Below, piece by piece: positions 9,639-20,021 of a stretch of 64,000 nt of DNA. Within the stretch, counting starts at the first letter, position 1, and every line of letters begins with the position of its first letter. The notes under the pieces were generated by a model. That model was not told the DNA's origin, made no database searches, and worked only from the letters and a program-made list of their open reading frames with translations. Made by a program: the position numbers and the translations under genes. This DNA comes from an uncultured Chloroflexia bacterium (lineage in GTDB: Bacteria > Chloroflexota > UBA6077 > JACCZL01), in contig CAVXYC010000030.1 of NCBI GenBank assembly GCA_963765765.1, forward strand, positions 224,001 to 288,000. Direction: 5' to 3'.

Positions 9639-10367
9639 CTAGACCCGCCAGACCTTGAACACGACGGCGTACTCGACGCCGAACTGAGCGCCGCGCTCGG
9701 CGGCCGGCTTGCGCAGGAACCCGCTCACGTCCATTGGCTCGCTCAGGTTGGCGATGTAGTCCGCGTGGGCCTCCAGGGCTTTGACACCGGCATCCATGTG
9801 GCCGCTGGTATCGCACCAATGATCGGCATCGTGCACGCCCGGGATGAGAATGAGCTTCACTCCATTCCACGGCTCCAGCCCTTCGGCGAGCAGCTCGGTG
9901 AAGATCCAACGATTGCCGGCATCACGCGCCGCGTCGAGTGAAGCGAGACCGACCGCGCGGTGATCGGCCTGATTCAAGGTGCCGCCTCGTCGGGTGAGGT
10001 CTGTGTTCTGCGTCACGATGACCTCGGGACGGTACTTGCGGATCATTCGGGCCAGGTCTCGTCGCAGCGGCTGGCCGTACTCAATGACCCCATCGGAGTG
10101 ATCGAGGAATTCCACGATATCGACGCCAACCGCTTTAGCCGCGTCACGTTGCTCGCGCTCACGGAGAGGCCCGACTTTGTCGGGCGTCATGCTATCGATC
10201 CCGGCCTCGCCGCGGCTCGCAAGTACGTACGTCACTTCCTTGCCCATGGAGACCCAGCGGGCGACGGCGCTGGCGGTCCCGTATTCGATGTCATCGGGAT
10301 GCGCAACGATGCACATCGCTCGGCTCCAGTCTTCCGGAAGGTGCGGCATTGAGCTCGCGGCCATCAT
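9639..10367 (-). CDS. PIG-L/LmbE-family deacetylase (MshB/Mca/BshB-like)
   Basis: AHPDDIEYG, GEAG, REREQ, ADH metal motifs. Confidence 0.9.
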   Translation of the reverse strand: MMAASSMPHLPEDWSRAMCIVAHPDDIEYGTASAVARWVSMGKEVTYVLASRGEAGIDSMTPDKVGPLREREQRDAAKAVGVDIVEFLDHSDGVIEYGQPLRRDLARMIRKYRPEVIVTQNTDLTRRGGTLNQADHRAVGLASLDAARDAGNRWIFTELLAEGLEPWNGVKLILIPGVHDADHWCDTSGHMDAGVKALEAHADYIANLSEPMDVSGFLRKPAAERGAQFGVEYAVVFKVWRV

Positions 10368-10443
10368 CTACTCCTCGTGGACGGGTAATGACGGGACTAT
10401 AGCTTGCGGTCGAGCTGCCGAGACGCCCAATACAGGACTGCCT

Positions 10444-10520
10444 CGGTGGGACAGTCGTCTCGACTGTCCCGTCTGGACTCAGCGGCGGGGCACTGGACAG
10501 TCGAGACGACTGTCCCACCG
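10444..10520. repeat. REPIN-like doublet of family B (GTGGGACAGTCGTCTCGACTGTCC)
   Basis: Perfect 26-bp inverted units at 10444-10469 and 10495-10520. Confidence 0.9.
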
Positions 10521-10605
10521 GACGGGACTCTCGCGCGGCATCCTTGACTAAACCGTATTGGCCGAGACGCCGCGAAGGCCGACGGCCTGATTAGCTCGGT
10601 GGAGC

Positions 10606-11540
10606 CTATCCGCGCCGGGCACGCCGCTTTGGCGATTCAGCCCCGGCGCGGGAAGGGGCCAACGGCTGGGCGAGCTCGGCCATGAGAGGCGGGATCTCAG
10701 CCAGCAGCTCGCGCGCCAGAAACCCCAATGGGCCAATCTTTGATGCCAGCCGCTCGCCAGCGCGGCTGTGGAGAAAGACGCCCCAAGCAGAGGCTTGAGA
10801 GAGCTCTGCTCCGCGTGCCGCGAGACCAGCGATGATCCCGGACAGTGTGTCGCCAGAGCCGGATGTTGCTAGCCCGACTGTGCCGCCGCGATTGCGCCAG
10901 ATTCGACCATCGGAATCGGCAATCACGGATTCGGCACTCTTAAGCACGATGACCGTGCGAAAGCGCGCCGCGGCTCGACGAGCGCTGCTAATGAGATCTG
11001 ATAACACAGCTTCTTTCGGCTCGCCCAGAAGACCGGCCATCTCTCCCGCGTGCGGCGTGAGAACGGCCGGACAGCCTAGCTCGTAGAGCTCGTCCGGGCA
11101 CTCCGTGACGGCCATCATGGCTTCTGAGTCGAGCACAAGGGACGTCGTGGAGAGACGGGGTAGTAGTCCGATCAGCAGCTTCAGAATTGCCTCGTTGTCC
11201 ACCAGCCCTGGACCGATCAGCGTTGCCTGGCAGTCATTCGCCAGCTCCGCCAGATACTCCGCGGCTGTGGGATCGATTCCTGAGCGCTCAGTCTCGGGAA
11301 GGGCATAGATGCGCGCTTCCGGCACCGCAACGCCGATAGACGGAGCGATGCTCTTGACCGCGGCGATGCGCAGCTTTCCGGCGCCGCTCGGAGCGCAGCG
11401 GTAGATGCCAGAATCGCAGTGCCCGGGAGCTCCGCCGATCCCGCCACCACGAGTACTCGTCCGCGAGATTCCTTGTCACCGGACTCGCTCGGTTGAGGAA
11501 GCTGCCAGCCAAGCAGCAGGCGTGGTGAGAGCGTCTCCAC
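10606..11540 (-). CDS. nnrD: ADP-dependent NAD(P)H-hydrate dehydratase (YjeF-C); frameshift near 11380
   Basis: DKESRGRVLVVAGS, IGPGL, LTPHAGE, LATSGSGDTLSG spread over two frames. Confidence 0.85.
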
Positions 11541-11565
11541 ACCTTGCCAGTCCCCGGTTGCAGAT

Positions 11566-12336
11566 TTACGGTGCTGGCGCGCGGGCATCCGGCTCCGTTG
11601 TGACCTCGGCTCCCTCTTCGAGAAGCGGAACGGTCATGTTGTATTCGCGCAGCGCCAGCGGCAAGTGCCTACCACGTGTCGGATCGAGCTCGTAATGCGT
11701 CACGGAGCAGTTTGACACCTCGTTCTCTTGGTCTACCTTGAGGATATCCTGCTCACTCATGCGCTCCAGCAAGTATCGGAAGCACGAGACCACAACCGAG
11801 TGACACACAATGAGGACCCGCTCACCCGGATATTCTCGAGTGAGGGTATCGAGGACGCTGCGCAGCCTCAGAATCACGTCGCACCAGCTCTCACCCCCGG
11901 GTGGACGATGGTAGAACTTTCCGAGAATTAGCCTGAGCTCCGCCTGCTCGGGGTGGACCTGCGCGATGCCGTCGCGCGTGAATTTGTCCAGGATGCCGAA
12001 TTCTTTCTCACGCAGCCGCTCATCGCACGTGGTGGTCACTCGCTCGGCGTCCAAGCCGGCAGACTCGCGGATGAGCTCGGCCGTACGCAACGCCCGGAGA
12101 TACGGCGATGTCAGAATGGCGGTCGGCTGGCTCTCCTCGGATTGCTCGCCGAACCAGTGGCCCAATGCGCGAGCCTGCCGCACGCCGCGTTCGGAAAGGG
12201 GCACGTCGATATCGCGCTGGTTTATATCGATCTTCGCCTTGCTCGCCTGATAAGCGGCTTCTCGCGCAACGTTGCCAGCGCTCTCCCCATGCCGAACGAT
12301 CCAAAGTACACTCGGCCAAGTGTGTTCTGTGGTCAT
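11566..12336 (-). CDS. Histidine phosphatase (phosphoglycerate mutase-like)
   Basis: RHGES, SPYLRA, LREKEFG, PPGGES, VCHS. Confidence 0.92.
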   Translation of the reverse strand: MTTEHTWPSVLWIVRHGESAGNVAREAAYQASKAKIDINQRDIDVPLSERGVRQARALGHWFGEQSEESQPTAILTSPYLRALRTAELIRESAGLDAERVTTTCDERLREKEFGILDKFTRDGIAQVHPEQAELRLILGKFYHRPPGGESWCDVILRLRSVLDTLTREYPGERVLIVCHSVVVSCFRYLLERMSEQDILKVDQENEVSNCSVTHYELDPTRGRHLPLALREYNMTVPLLEEGAEVTTEPDARAPAP

Positions 12337-12365
12337 AGCTTAGTAATAGCGCAAATCGTCATACC

Positions 12366-12471
12366 GAGTTTGAAGTACGGGCGGTCTTCGCCGCTTTGGC
12401 CACAGGTGGAAGCCGTCGGCGGCGCGCTCCGCTTGAATCCAAAGCGGCGAGAACCGCCACACTCCAAACTC
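12366..12471. repeat. Inverted doublet, TGGAGTGYGGCGG..CGCCGCTTTGG family (family G)
   Basis: Arms at 12366-12399 and 12439-12471; single related unit at 57561-57590. Confidence 0.7.
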
Positions 12472-13566
12472 AGTAGACCCTGAGCAGAGGGAAGATCCGC
12501 GGGCGTTCTCGCGCAAGATACCGAGCTTATCGTCAGTCGCGACAGGAATGGCATCCGATCGATCACCGGAACCATATCATCCTGTGGCTTGCCCGTTTCG
12601 GGATTGATCAAGCTGGAGCCGCTGCCGGGCACTTCGGTGCCGAAGAGCATGCGCTCCGGACCGCGCTGCTTGATTGCCGCGGCAAGGAAATCGGGGTCGT
12701 AGGCGCAGGTATCGAAGAAGAGGTTGTTTACTGAGGTCTTGCTCGGCCTCCTCCTCTTGATCGCGTGCCACTCCCAGACCCACGGAGCCGCCTGCCATCT
12801 CGCCGCTCTCACGGACTTCGAGCTTCGTGAGTGTCCCATCGGGCTTCACTCCGGGCCGAGTACCCTTGACCAACATGCGTCGAAGTGCTCCGCCACAATG
12901 GCAGACGACGATCTTGAGATCGGGAAAGCGCTCGAAAACATTGCTGTGCTCTAGGAGCAGCACGGCAAGCGTCTCCTCGGTGATGTTGTTGTACTGGTAG
13001 CTGTGGGGAATGCGATCCAGTCGAGGATCGTGGGTGATCGAGGGGTGAACGATCAATGGAGCCTTCAGCTCTTGAGCGCGCTTGTAGAGCGGGAACCAGT
13101 AGTCCTGGTCCATGCCCGGCGTCTGTCGATCCGCACCGGGATCGGGATTGACCGTGGCGCCAACAAATCCGAGCTCATTGATGCAGCGATCGAGCTCCGC
13201 AACGCAATTCTCCGTGGAAAGCGATTGGTGCTGCGGAAGCTGTGCAATGCCGACAAACCGATCGGGACTCAGCCGGCAGATCTGGGCGATGCAATCATTG
13301 GTCGTCACCGTCCACTCGTCCACCAGGAACGGCCGCTCCCACTGCATCATCGCGACCGGTCGGGCGGAGATCATCTGGACGTCGATGTTGCGCTCGTCGA
13401 GCATTCGTAGATGCCGTTCCGAGGCGCCGGCCATCGCATCGTCAGGAATGACGAGCTTGCCTCCGCCCATGCCACGCAGCGCAATCATGTTGTAGGCGAA
13501 CGCCCGGAAATGCGGCGGCGTGGACATGTGTCCGTGAATGTCGATGACTTTCTTGTCTTGATACAT
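12470..13566 (-). CDS. Amidohydrolase_2 family (ACMSD/LigW/LigJ-like); frameshifts near the 3' end
   Basis: IDIHGH, IVHP, VCHCGG; C-terminus (NLFFDT, MLFGTEVPG) lies in another frame. Confidence 0.8.
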
Positions 13567-13641
13567 CCCGTGTGCTCCTTGAAGTCGGGGCAGTTTCCAT
13601 TAAGCAGCGAGGACAATCAAGCGAAGCAGCGCCGGAAGCCG

Positions 13642-14223
13642 CTACGTTTCATTGAGCAGTCGCTCTCGTCTCTTCCGGCGGATTTCCAGCACAACCAGCA
13701 GCGCCGCGGTGACCAGGCTGACGAGGACACCCAGGTAGAGCCTATCGGGCGAGAAGTCGAGATCCACACGATGGGTGCCGGCGGGGAGCAGTATTGCGGT
13801 GAAGGCTAGATTGGCGCGCAGAAGTGGAGTGGCTACGCCATCAATCCATGCGCGGCGCTCGGCATAGTACGGCTCACTGAGCAGCAGAACGCCCGGGCTG
13901 GATGATTGTACGTTCACCGAAAGCTCACCTGCAGGCGTGTCCTTAATCGTTGTCTCTACGCTCGCAGTCGGCTGACATCCCGCGACGCTGAAGTCGTCCA
14001 GTCCGCCGGGTGATTGCATGAGGGCCACACGCTGTCGGGCGTCGCGACGGTCGTCGCTCAGAAGATCGATCGCCTGTTGTTCTGTTTCAACGACATCGAC
14101 GGCGCACATCCACTGAGCGCGCGGCAAAGGGTTTCGATTTCGATAAATGTAGAGACCGTCCACCTGGCCCACGAGCTGAAAGTGATCGACATTGAGTGGC
14201 GTGCACTTCACCACGTGCGTCAC
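13642..14223 (-). CDS. YfhO-like C-terminal domain protein, probably N-terminally truncated
   Basis: IYRNRNPLPRA, LLLSEPYY, RANLAFTAILLPAGTHRV and a C-terminal TM helix. Confidence 0.65.
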   Translation of the reverse strand: MTHVVKCTPLNVDHFQLVGQVDGLYIYRNRNPLPRAQWMCAVDVVETEQQAIDLLSDDRRDARQRVALMQSPGGLDDFSVAGCQPTASVETTIKDTPAGELSVNVQSSSPGVLLLSEPYYAERRAWIDGVATPLLRANLAFTAILLPAGTHRVDLDFSPDRLYLGVLVSLVTAALLVVLEIRRKRRERLLNET

Positions 14224-14420
14224 GTTCCTTGCGCAGATTCAGAGGCGACTATTCGCGATGTCTGCTGTTGTCCAACTAAAGCCCTTCCGTTACCATTTGC
14301 TTCGTTCTCGTGGACATAAGGCCTCGTTTCGCGGTGCAAATCGGCATGAGCATGATGAGCATTGCCTCGACTCACGAGTCGTAGAAATTGCGCGCGACTG
14401 TGGCAGCCACGCTGATACCC

Positions 14421-16031
14421 ATGGCTGCCCATCGACTCTACCGCCCATCTCGCACGCTCAAGATCCATCCCATGCTCCTGGATGGGATTGTGATTGCGCT
14501 CCTGGCGCTCCTGACGCGCGGAGCGTTGCAGTACTTCGCGCCGGTTCTGATTAACAAGGACAGTGTCAGCTACTTTCTACCGGGCTGGGATCTGGCGCAC
14601 GACCTCGGGTTCAGTCCGGACTACCGTCGCGCGCCTTTGTACTCATGGTCCATTGCTGGGGCACTCTCGCTCTTCGGCGATCAGCTCAGCTCTGTCTCAT
14701 TGATGCAACACTTGCTTGGATCAAGTGTCGTTGTTGCCACGTACGTGCTGGGCGCGCTGGTCTTTGGGCGAGCAGTCGGCTTCATCAGCGCCGTTCTGGC
14801 GGCGATGTCAGGCCCGCTGCTCATCTACGGTCAGCGTATCGACGCGGAGACATTGTTCGGCTTCATGCTGACCTTCACCGCGCTCTTCTGGGTTCTTGGC
14901 TACCGCCGGCGTAGATATGGCTGGTTCGTGGCGGGTGGAGTGGCGCTGGGCCTGGCTTCATTGACCCGGCCTGCTGGACAGATGCTCATCCTGGCGCTGC
15001 CGATGGCGTTGCTGCTTCAGTCGGGTGGTATCCGGACCGCAATCGGTCCATCGTTCGCCGCGGGGCTCGGGCTCCTAGCCGTAAAGATTCCCTGGACACT
15101 GGTGATTTTCGCCCAGACAGGACTCATCACGGGCGGGGCGACGCTGGGTGAGCCGCTGCTTTCGCACGTGGTGTTTGGTCAGCAATGGATGGCCAGTGCG
15201 TACCGTGCCGAACAATTGGCATCAGAGTATCGGACAGATGCCTGGATCTACGACGCGTTGACCACATCCCAGATTCGCTTCGCACTCCCGGACGAGCAGC
15301 TCGACCCCAGCAGCGACGATCTGCTCAATCAAGCTCGGCGCCAGTCGATTCGACTCCTGTCACAGGGGCAAAGTCCCAGTGCAACACGTGAACGGATCGA
15401 GCGCAGTCTCGGGATCTCGCCGGCCGAGGTCGACGCGATCTTTCAGGATCTGGCGTTTGAGATGATCCGAAATCAGCCATTGCAGTTTGCGCTCTCATCA
15501 CTGCGGGGCGGCGCCCTGGTGATGCTGGGCCGAGTAGAGCACCTGCAAATAAGCTGGGACGCGCGTCGCAGTCAGGCCGGCCGCGCCATGGAAGACAACT
15601 GGTACGAAGTGCGGCGGATTCGCGATTTGGTCCAACCGGCTACACCGACGCAGCTTGCCGCGTTCGGTTCAATTGACGCGCTGACGAACTTGTTTCAGCC
15701 CAGTCGCTACGGCGGTATCATGAGCGTGCTCATGCTTCTCAGCGTTCTTCCCTGCCTCTCACGGCCGGGTTGGGGCATCGGAGCGGTTCTCTGGTTTATG
15801 GTGCTCCTGCTTGTACTTACCAGCAGCACGTTGTCCTGGGCGGCCCCACGGTACCGATATCCGATTGATCCGCTCATTTACATTCTGGCTGTCGCCGCGG
15901 CGGCAACAGTTGTCGGGTGGTGTAGCAGGGCAGTTCGAGTGTTAATCTCCTCGGCAAATCGGGCTTCAGGCGGCCAGGTGGCTACGAATCCGACGCTTGG
16001 GCCCGCGAATGAGCCGGGCTCGTCACGCTAG
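14421..16031 (+). CDS. GT-C fold membrane glycosyltransferase (PMT/ArnT-like)
   Basis: DSVSY, RAPLYS, ETLF, LTRP, PRYRYP motifs and many TM helices. Confidence 0.75.
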   Translation: MAAHRLYRPSRTLKIHPMLLDGIVIALLALLTRGALQYFAPVLINKDSVSYFLPGWDLAHDLGFSPDYRRAPLYSWSIAGALSLFGDQLSSVSLMQHLLGSSVVVATYVLGALVFGRAVGFISAVLAAMSGPLLIYGQRIDAETLFGFMLTFTALFWVLGYRRRRYGWFVAGGVALGLASLTRPAGQMLILALPMALLLQSGGIRTAIGPSFAAGLGLLAVKIPWTLVIFAQTGLITGGATLGEPLLSHVVFGQQWMASAYRAEQLASEYRTDAWIYDALTTSQIRFALPDEQLDPSSDDLLNQARRQSIRLLSQGQSPSATRERIERSLGISPAEVDAIFQDLAFEMIRNQPLQFALSSLRGGALVMLGRVEHLQISWDARRSQAGRAMEDNWYEVRRIRDLVQPATPTQLAAFGSIDALTNLFQPSRYGGIMSVLMLLSVLPCLSRPGWGIGAVLWFMVLLLVLTSSTLSWAAPRYRYPIDPLIYILAVAAAATVVGWCSRAVRVLISSANRASGGQVATNPTLGPANEPGSSR

Positions 16032-16093
16032 GGCCGAGACGCCGTTCTTGATCTGGACATCCCATTGAAGAACCTTCCGGATATAGGCAGCCG

Positions 16094-17296
16094 ATGATTC
16101 GCGTAGCACTCATGGTGTTCGGTCTCATCGTAGGCCTCATTTGCACCGAGATTTTCCTACGCGTGAGACCGCCGATTCCGGCGGAGGACGTACTGCCATT
16201 CGCAATCCGGGAAGATGACCTGGAACGCATTATCGAGGGAGATGCATACATCCGGTTTGATCCAGTTCTCGGATGGGCCGCTACCGAGTCCAGCACTCGC
16301 CGAGACGGAAAGATCACCTATCAGACGAACTCTGCCGGCATGCGCAGTGACCATGAGATTCCGATCACGGCTGCTCCGGGCGTCACCCGCTTGGCCTCGT
16401 TCGGCGACTCGTTCACCTTCTGTGACGAGGTGAACAACTCAGAGTGCTGGGCGACGCAGCTTGAACGCGAATGGCATGGCACGGAGGTCCTGAACTTCGG
16501 TGTGCCAGCGTACGGTCCGGATCAAGCGTGGCTGCGCTACCAGCGTGATGGAGCTCAGTATCAGCCATGCGGAGTGATCATTGGCTACATGGTGGAGAAT
16601 ATTCACCGCGTGGTCAATCGATTCCGTCCGTTCTATAGACCCGAGACCGGCATTGTCCTGAGCAAGCCGCGCTTCCTCTGGGATGGTAGCCAGCTCACAC
16701 TCCTTCCAAACCCTATTTCGTCCCCCGAGATGATCGAGGACCTCCGCTGGGTTGAGTCCACGCTTGGACCAAATGATCCCTGGTACTACCAGGGCATGTT
16801 CCAGGGCGGACCACTGGACCTGCTCCAGTCAGTGCGGCTGGCCAAAACGGTCGCGTACCAGCGGCGGCTCGGTTACGGCACCGAGGATGGAGATCTCTCA
16901 AAGCGCCTCGGCTGGGCATATCAGCCGGATCAAGAGGGGTTTCAGGTCGCCTCCAACGTGTTGATCGGGTTCGCGAACGACGTGCGCGCACGAGGGGCAA
17001 GTCCAGTTGTAGTCGTTTTCCCGCGGAAAGAGGAAGTCATCAACCTGCGCGATGTGAAGACTAAGGCGCACGCCCCGTTGGTGGACAAGCTTGCGAGTGT
17101 CGGCATCCCAACGATCGACGTCACAGACATCCTTCTCCGTCAGTCACGTGGGCGAGGTGTCGATTCACTGATTGACAAGCACTACACCGCGCGCGGAAAT
17201 CGCGCCGTAGGCGAGGCGCTTGCGCAGCAGCTCCCACCGCTCATGGCGCCGACGTGCCAAGGCAGTGCGCCTGCGCCGACCGTCGCGCATCAGTAG
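16094..17296 (+). CDS. Membrane-anchored SGNH/GDSL hydrolase-like protein
   Basis: N-terminal TM helix, FGDSFTF, NFGVPAYG, DKHYTARGN. Confidence 0.8.
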   Translation: MIRVALMVFGLIVGLICTEIFLRVRPPIPAEDVLPFAIREDDLERIIEGDAYIRFDPVLGWAATESSTRRDGKITYQTNSAGMRSDHEIPITAAPGVTRLASFGDSFTFCDEVNNSECWATQLEREWHGTEVLNFGVPAYGPDQAWLRYQRDGAQYQPCGVIIGYMVENIHRVVNRFRPFYRPETGIVLSKPRFLWDGSQLTLLPNPISSPEMIEDLRWVESTLGPNDPWYYQGMFQGGPLDLLQSVRLAKTVAYQRRLGYGTEDGDLSKRLGWAYQPDQEGFQVASNVLIGFANDVRARGASPVVVVFPRKEEVINLRDVKTKAHAPLVDKLASVGIPTIDVTDILLRQSRGRGVDSLIDKHYTARGNRAVGEALAQQLPPLMAPTCQGSAPAPTVAHQ

Positions 17297-17480
17297 GCGG
17301 ACTCTCTGAGCTCCCCGGTAGAGGGGGCGTCTTCGCCTGCGGCGGCCATCGAGGCCGCACTGCGATATCCCAATCAGCAGCGGGAGTCCTCGGCGCGCCG
17401 CGGGAAGGGACGCCCCTTCCCCGTGTGAAGGATTTTTGGCTGCTACACTAGCAACAATGGCGATTGGGAGGGACTCGTCC

Positions 17481-18452
17481 GTGAGCGCATTTCAACACGC
17501 CGCTACACAGCGCTACATCCCCAGGGGCGTCATCCCGGCCTGCCTCCTGCCCTTCAATAGCGATCTCGGGATCGATGCGCCTTCCTATCGCAGTCACCTA
17601 CGCGACCTGGCTGACGTGGAAGGTGTCACGGCAATCACTATCAATGCGCATGCATCCGAGATCGCCTCGTTAGCATTCGATGAGCAGCGTCGCGTTTTGG
17701 ATATCACGACGGATGAGGTCGGGGATCGCTTGCGGGTCATCTCCGGCATCTACGCGGACGGCTCACTGCAGGCAGCAGATCTGGCGCGTCAGGCCGGTCG
17801 AGGTGGGGCGAACGCGCTGTTGGTCTTCCCGCCGGCGCCGTTCATTCTCGGCGCGCAGCGACGCCCGGGAATGGTCATCGAGCACTTCAGCCGCATCGCG
17901 GACGCTGTGGATACCTCTATCATCGCGTTTCAATATCCACTGGAGAGCGGTCAGGGCTACACCACGGAGACGCTGGTGCGCCTGGCCGAAGCCGTGCCCA
18001 CGGTGGTTGCGATCAAGGACTGGTCCAGCTCGCCCGTGCAACACGAAGCCAACGTTCGAGCGCTCCACTCACTGGGACGGGAGTTCTCGGTGCTCTCCAC
18101 GCACAGCGCGTGGCTGCTCTCATCGCTTGTTCACGGCGCCGATGGACTGCTCTCCGGCTCTGGCAGTGTCATCGCCGATCTGCAGTCGGCCATCTTCCAC
18201 GCTGTCCAGCGCAACGATCTTGTCTCGGCACGTGAGATCAGCCAGCGGCTCTTCCCGATTACTCAGGCCTTCTACGCCGACCCCTGGGTAGACATGCACA
18301 ACCGCATGAAAGAAGCGCTCGTGCTCCTCGGTCGCTTGCCAGCCGCCTACGTGCGCCCGCCACTGCTGAAGCTTCCGGCAGATGAGATCGAACGGGTCAG
18401 GCAGGCGTTGATCGCGGGTGGTGTTTTGCGGGAACTAGGCGTGCCCGCCTAG
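17481..18452 (+). CDS. Dihydrodipicolinate synthase-family aldolase/lyase
   Basis: GVIPACLLPF, NAHASE, FQY, Schiff-base Lys in AIKDWS, VRPPL. Confidence 0.85.
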   Translation: MSAFQHAATQRYIPRGVIPACLLPFNSDLGIDAPSYRSHLRDLADVEGVTAITINAHASEIASLAFDEQRRVLDITTDEVGDRLRVISGIYADGSLQAADLARQAGRGGANALLVFPPAPFILGAQRRPGMVIEHFSRIADAVDTSIIAFQYPLESGQGYTTETLVRLAEAVPTVVAIKDWSSSPVQHEANVRALHSLGREFSVLSTHSAWLLSSLVHGADGLLSGSGSVIADLQSAIFHAVQRNDLVSAREISQRLFPITQAFYADPWVDMHNRMKEALVLLGRLPAAYVRPPLLKLPADEIERVRQALIAGGVLRELGVPA

Positions 18453-18458
18453 GCTTGG

Positions 18459-18574
18459 ATTCGCGGGTCCCTCACTCCAGCCCTCTCCCAGGGGGCGAGA
18501 GAGAATTAGATGGCGCTCGCTCTGATCAGTTCTCTCGCCCCCTGGGAGAGGGCTGGAGTGAGGGACCCGCGAAT
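18459..18574. repeat. Perfect 44-bp inverted repeat doublet, family A, between convergent genes
   Basis: 18459-18502 is the exact reverse complement of 18531-18574. Confidence 0.92.
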
Positions 18575-18599
18575 TTCCATAAGTGCGATCCCACCTGTT

Positions 18600-19019
18600 T
18601 CACCCGGGCTTGAGCGCCACGACGGGGATCTCCCTGGATGTCTTCGTCGCGTAATCGTTGTATGCGGGATAGATCTTGACGGCTTCAGACCAGAGACGCT
18701 CCCGTTCTGGCCCCACGACAATCTCCGCGGTGACCTGGGAAGTGTGCTCTCCAACCTGAACGGTTCCACCGCCATTGGCCATCAGGTTGTCAAACCAGTC
18801 GGGGTTGGCCGGTGATCCTCCCTTGGAAGCGATGACGACGTAGCGGTCACCGTCGCGGAGGTACAGGAGGGGCACCGTCCGTAGCTGGCCTGATTTTCTA
18901 CCGGGCGCGGTCAGAGTCAAGATCGGAGCACCGCCCATATTGCCTAGAACTCGGCCTTTAAACGTGCGCAACAACCACGCGTGGATCGGCACCAAGATCT
19001 TGAACAAAAGATTTTGCAT
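18600..19019 (-). CDS. Deazaflavin (F420)-dependent nitroreductase family (Ddn-like)
   Basis: GRKSGQLRTVPL, ASKGG...PDWFDNL, YATKTSREIPVV. Confidence 0.9.
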   Translation of the reverse strand: MQNLLFKILVPIHAWLLRTFKGRVLGNMGGAPILTLTAPGRKSGQLRTVPLLYLRDGDRYVVIASKGGSPANPDWFDNLMANGGGTVQVGEHTSQVTAEIVVGPERERLWSEAVKIYPAYNDYATKTSREIPVVALKPG

Positions 19020-19069
19020 TGTCGGCTTTCTCCCCGGTTCTCACGTGGGACCTACGCCAGATAGTCTGG

Positions 19070-19990
19070 CTACACGCCGTGATCTAACACCAGACTGGCC
19101 AATTCTGGTTGCTCAACCCGCGATGACAGCGCGCGCCGATGGCCTGAGCAGCATCCCGGGCTCGTAATGTACGTGGCTCTGAACTCGGGACGTGTGATGT
19201 GTCGCGCGAGGCCCGCAAGCGCTCCTTCTTCACCACGTCGGTGGGCTTGACAGGCGAGACAGCCACGCTTCGTCGGTCCGGCGGGCAAGCGATTGGCTTG
19301 AAGCTGCTCCGCCAGGCTCGTGATGATGTCCTCAGCCAGAATGGCGATACCCGTAATGGAGTGCATCTCCTTCCGCTCGACCTCGAGCAGTCGCCACCAG
19401 TGACGTGAGCAGAACCCATCCGCCAGGCGAATGCGGCCACGAATCTCCGGGTCCATTACTCCTTCCCACAGCAGCATGAATAGCCAGCGCCGCGTACTCT
19501 CCGTAGCGAGGTGACACACTGGACAACCGGCATGATTGAGCGCCGCCTCCAGCTTGATTCCTGCCAGATCCAGGAGTACCGGTTTCGGCGGCCGAAGCCT
19601 GCGCCAGACTCGACGAATCGAACTGGGAAGGCCGCTGGTCCGACGCGGAGCTTCGCCACTGACGTAGTTGGACTCAGATGAGGATTCAGACGGCACCCCG
19701 GCTAGCGCATGCAACGCTCTGCGCCACGCATCCTGTTCCGCGCCTCGCGCTTCGTCACGGTTATTCCAGTCGCTCTTCCGTATGAGCTCCCGCAGATCGG
19801 CCGCCAGGGATTCGTAACGACTGGCGAGTACCGTTCGCTCCGTCCCATGACGTGTCGGCGCATGCAGCAGTCGCTCACGAGCATGCGGCCAGCACATGGA
19901 TTCCATGTCGACGTCGACGGGCTCAACGGCGCCGACGCATGTTGGACATGTGGCGACGTCCGAAGCTGAGCCGAGCATCGATGACCGCAT
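19070..19990 (-). CDS. Cys/His-rich protein, DUF6062-like
   Basis: Three CxxC...CxxH modules (CPTC/CWPH, CPVC/GFCSRH, CLAC/CSGH); LLWEGVMDP and ELIRKSD motifs. Confidence 0.6.
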   Translation of the reverse strand: MRSSMLGSASDVATCPTCVGAVEPVDVDMESMCWPHARERLLHAPTRHGTERTVLASRYESLAADLRELIRKSDWNNRDEARGAEQDAWRRALHALAGVPSESSSESNYVSGEAPRRTSGLPSSIRRVWRRLRPPKPVLLDLAGIKLEAALNHAGCPVCHLATESTRRWLFMLLWEGVMDPEIRGRIRLADGFCSRHWWRLLEVERKEMHSITGIAILAEDIITSLAEQLQANRLPAGPTKRGCLACQAHRRGEEGALAGLARHITRPEFRATYITSPGCCSGHRRALSSRVEQPELASLVLDHGV

Positions 19991-20021
19991 TGGCGCATTG
20001 AAGCTCGGCTCGGACGACACC

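Noticed and set aside
9557-10520. Family B and C repeats as a CRISPR array
   Set aside because: They are dispersed inverted doublets, not direct repeats with regular unique spacers, and no cas genes are present.
17318-17422. Possible further GTAG REP doublet
   Set aside because: Arms are too degenerate and no second copy is present in the window.
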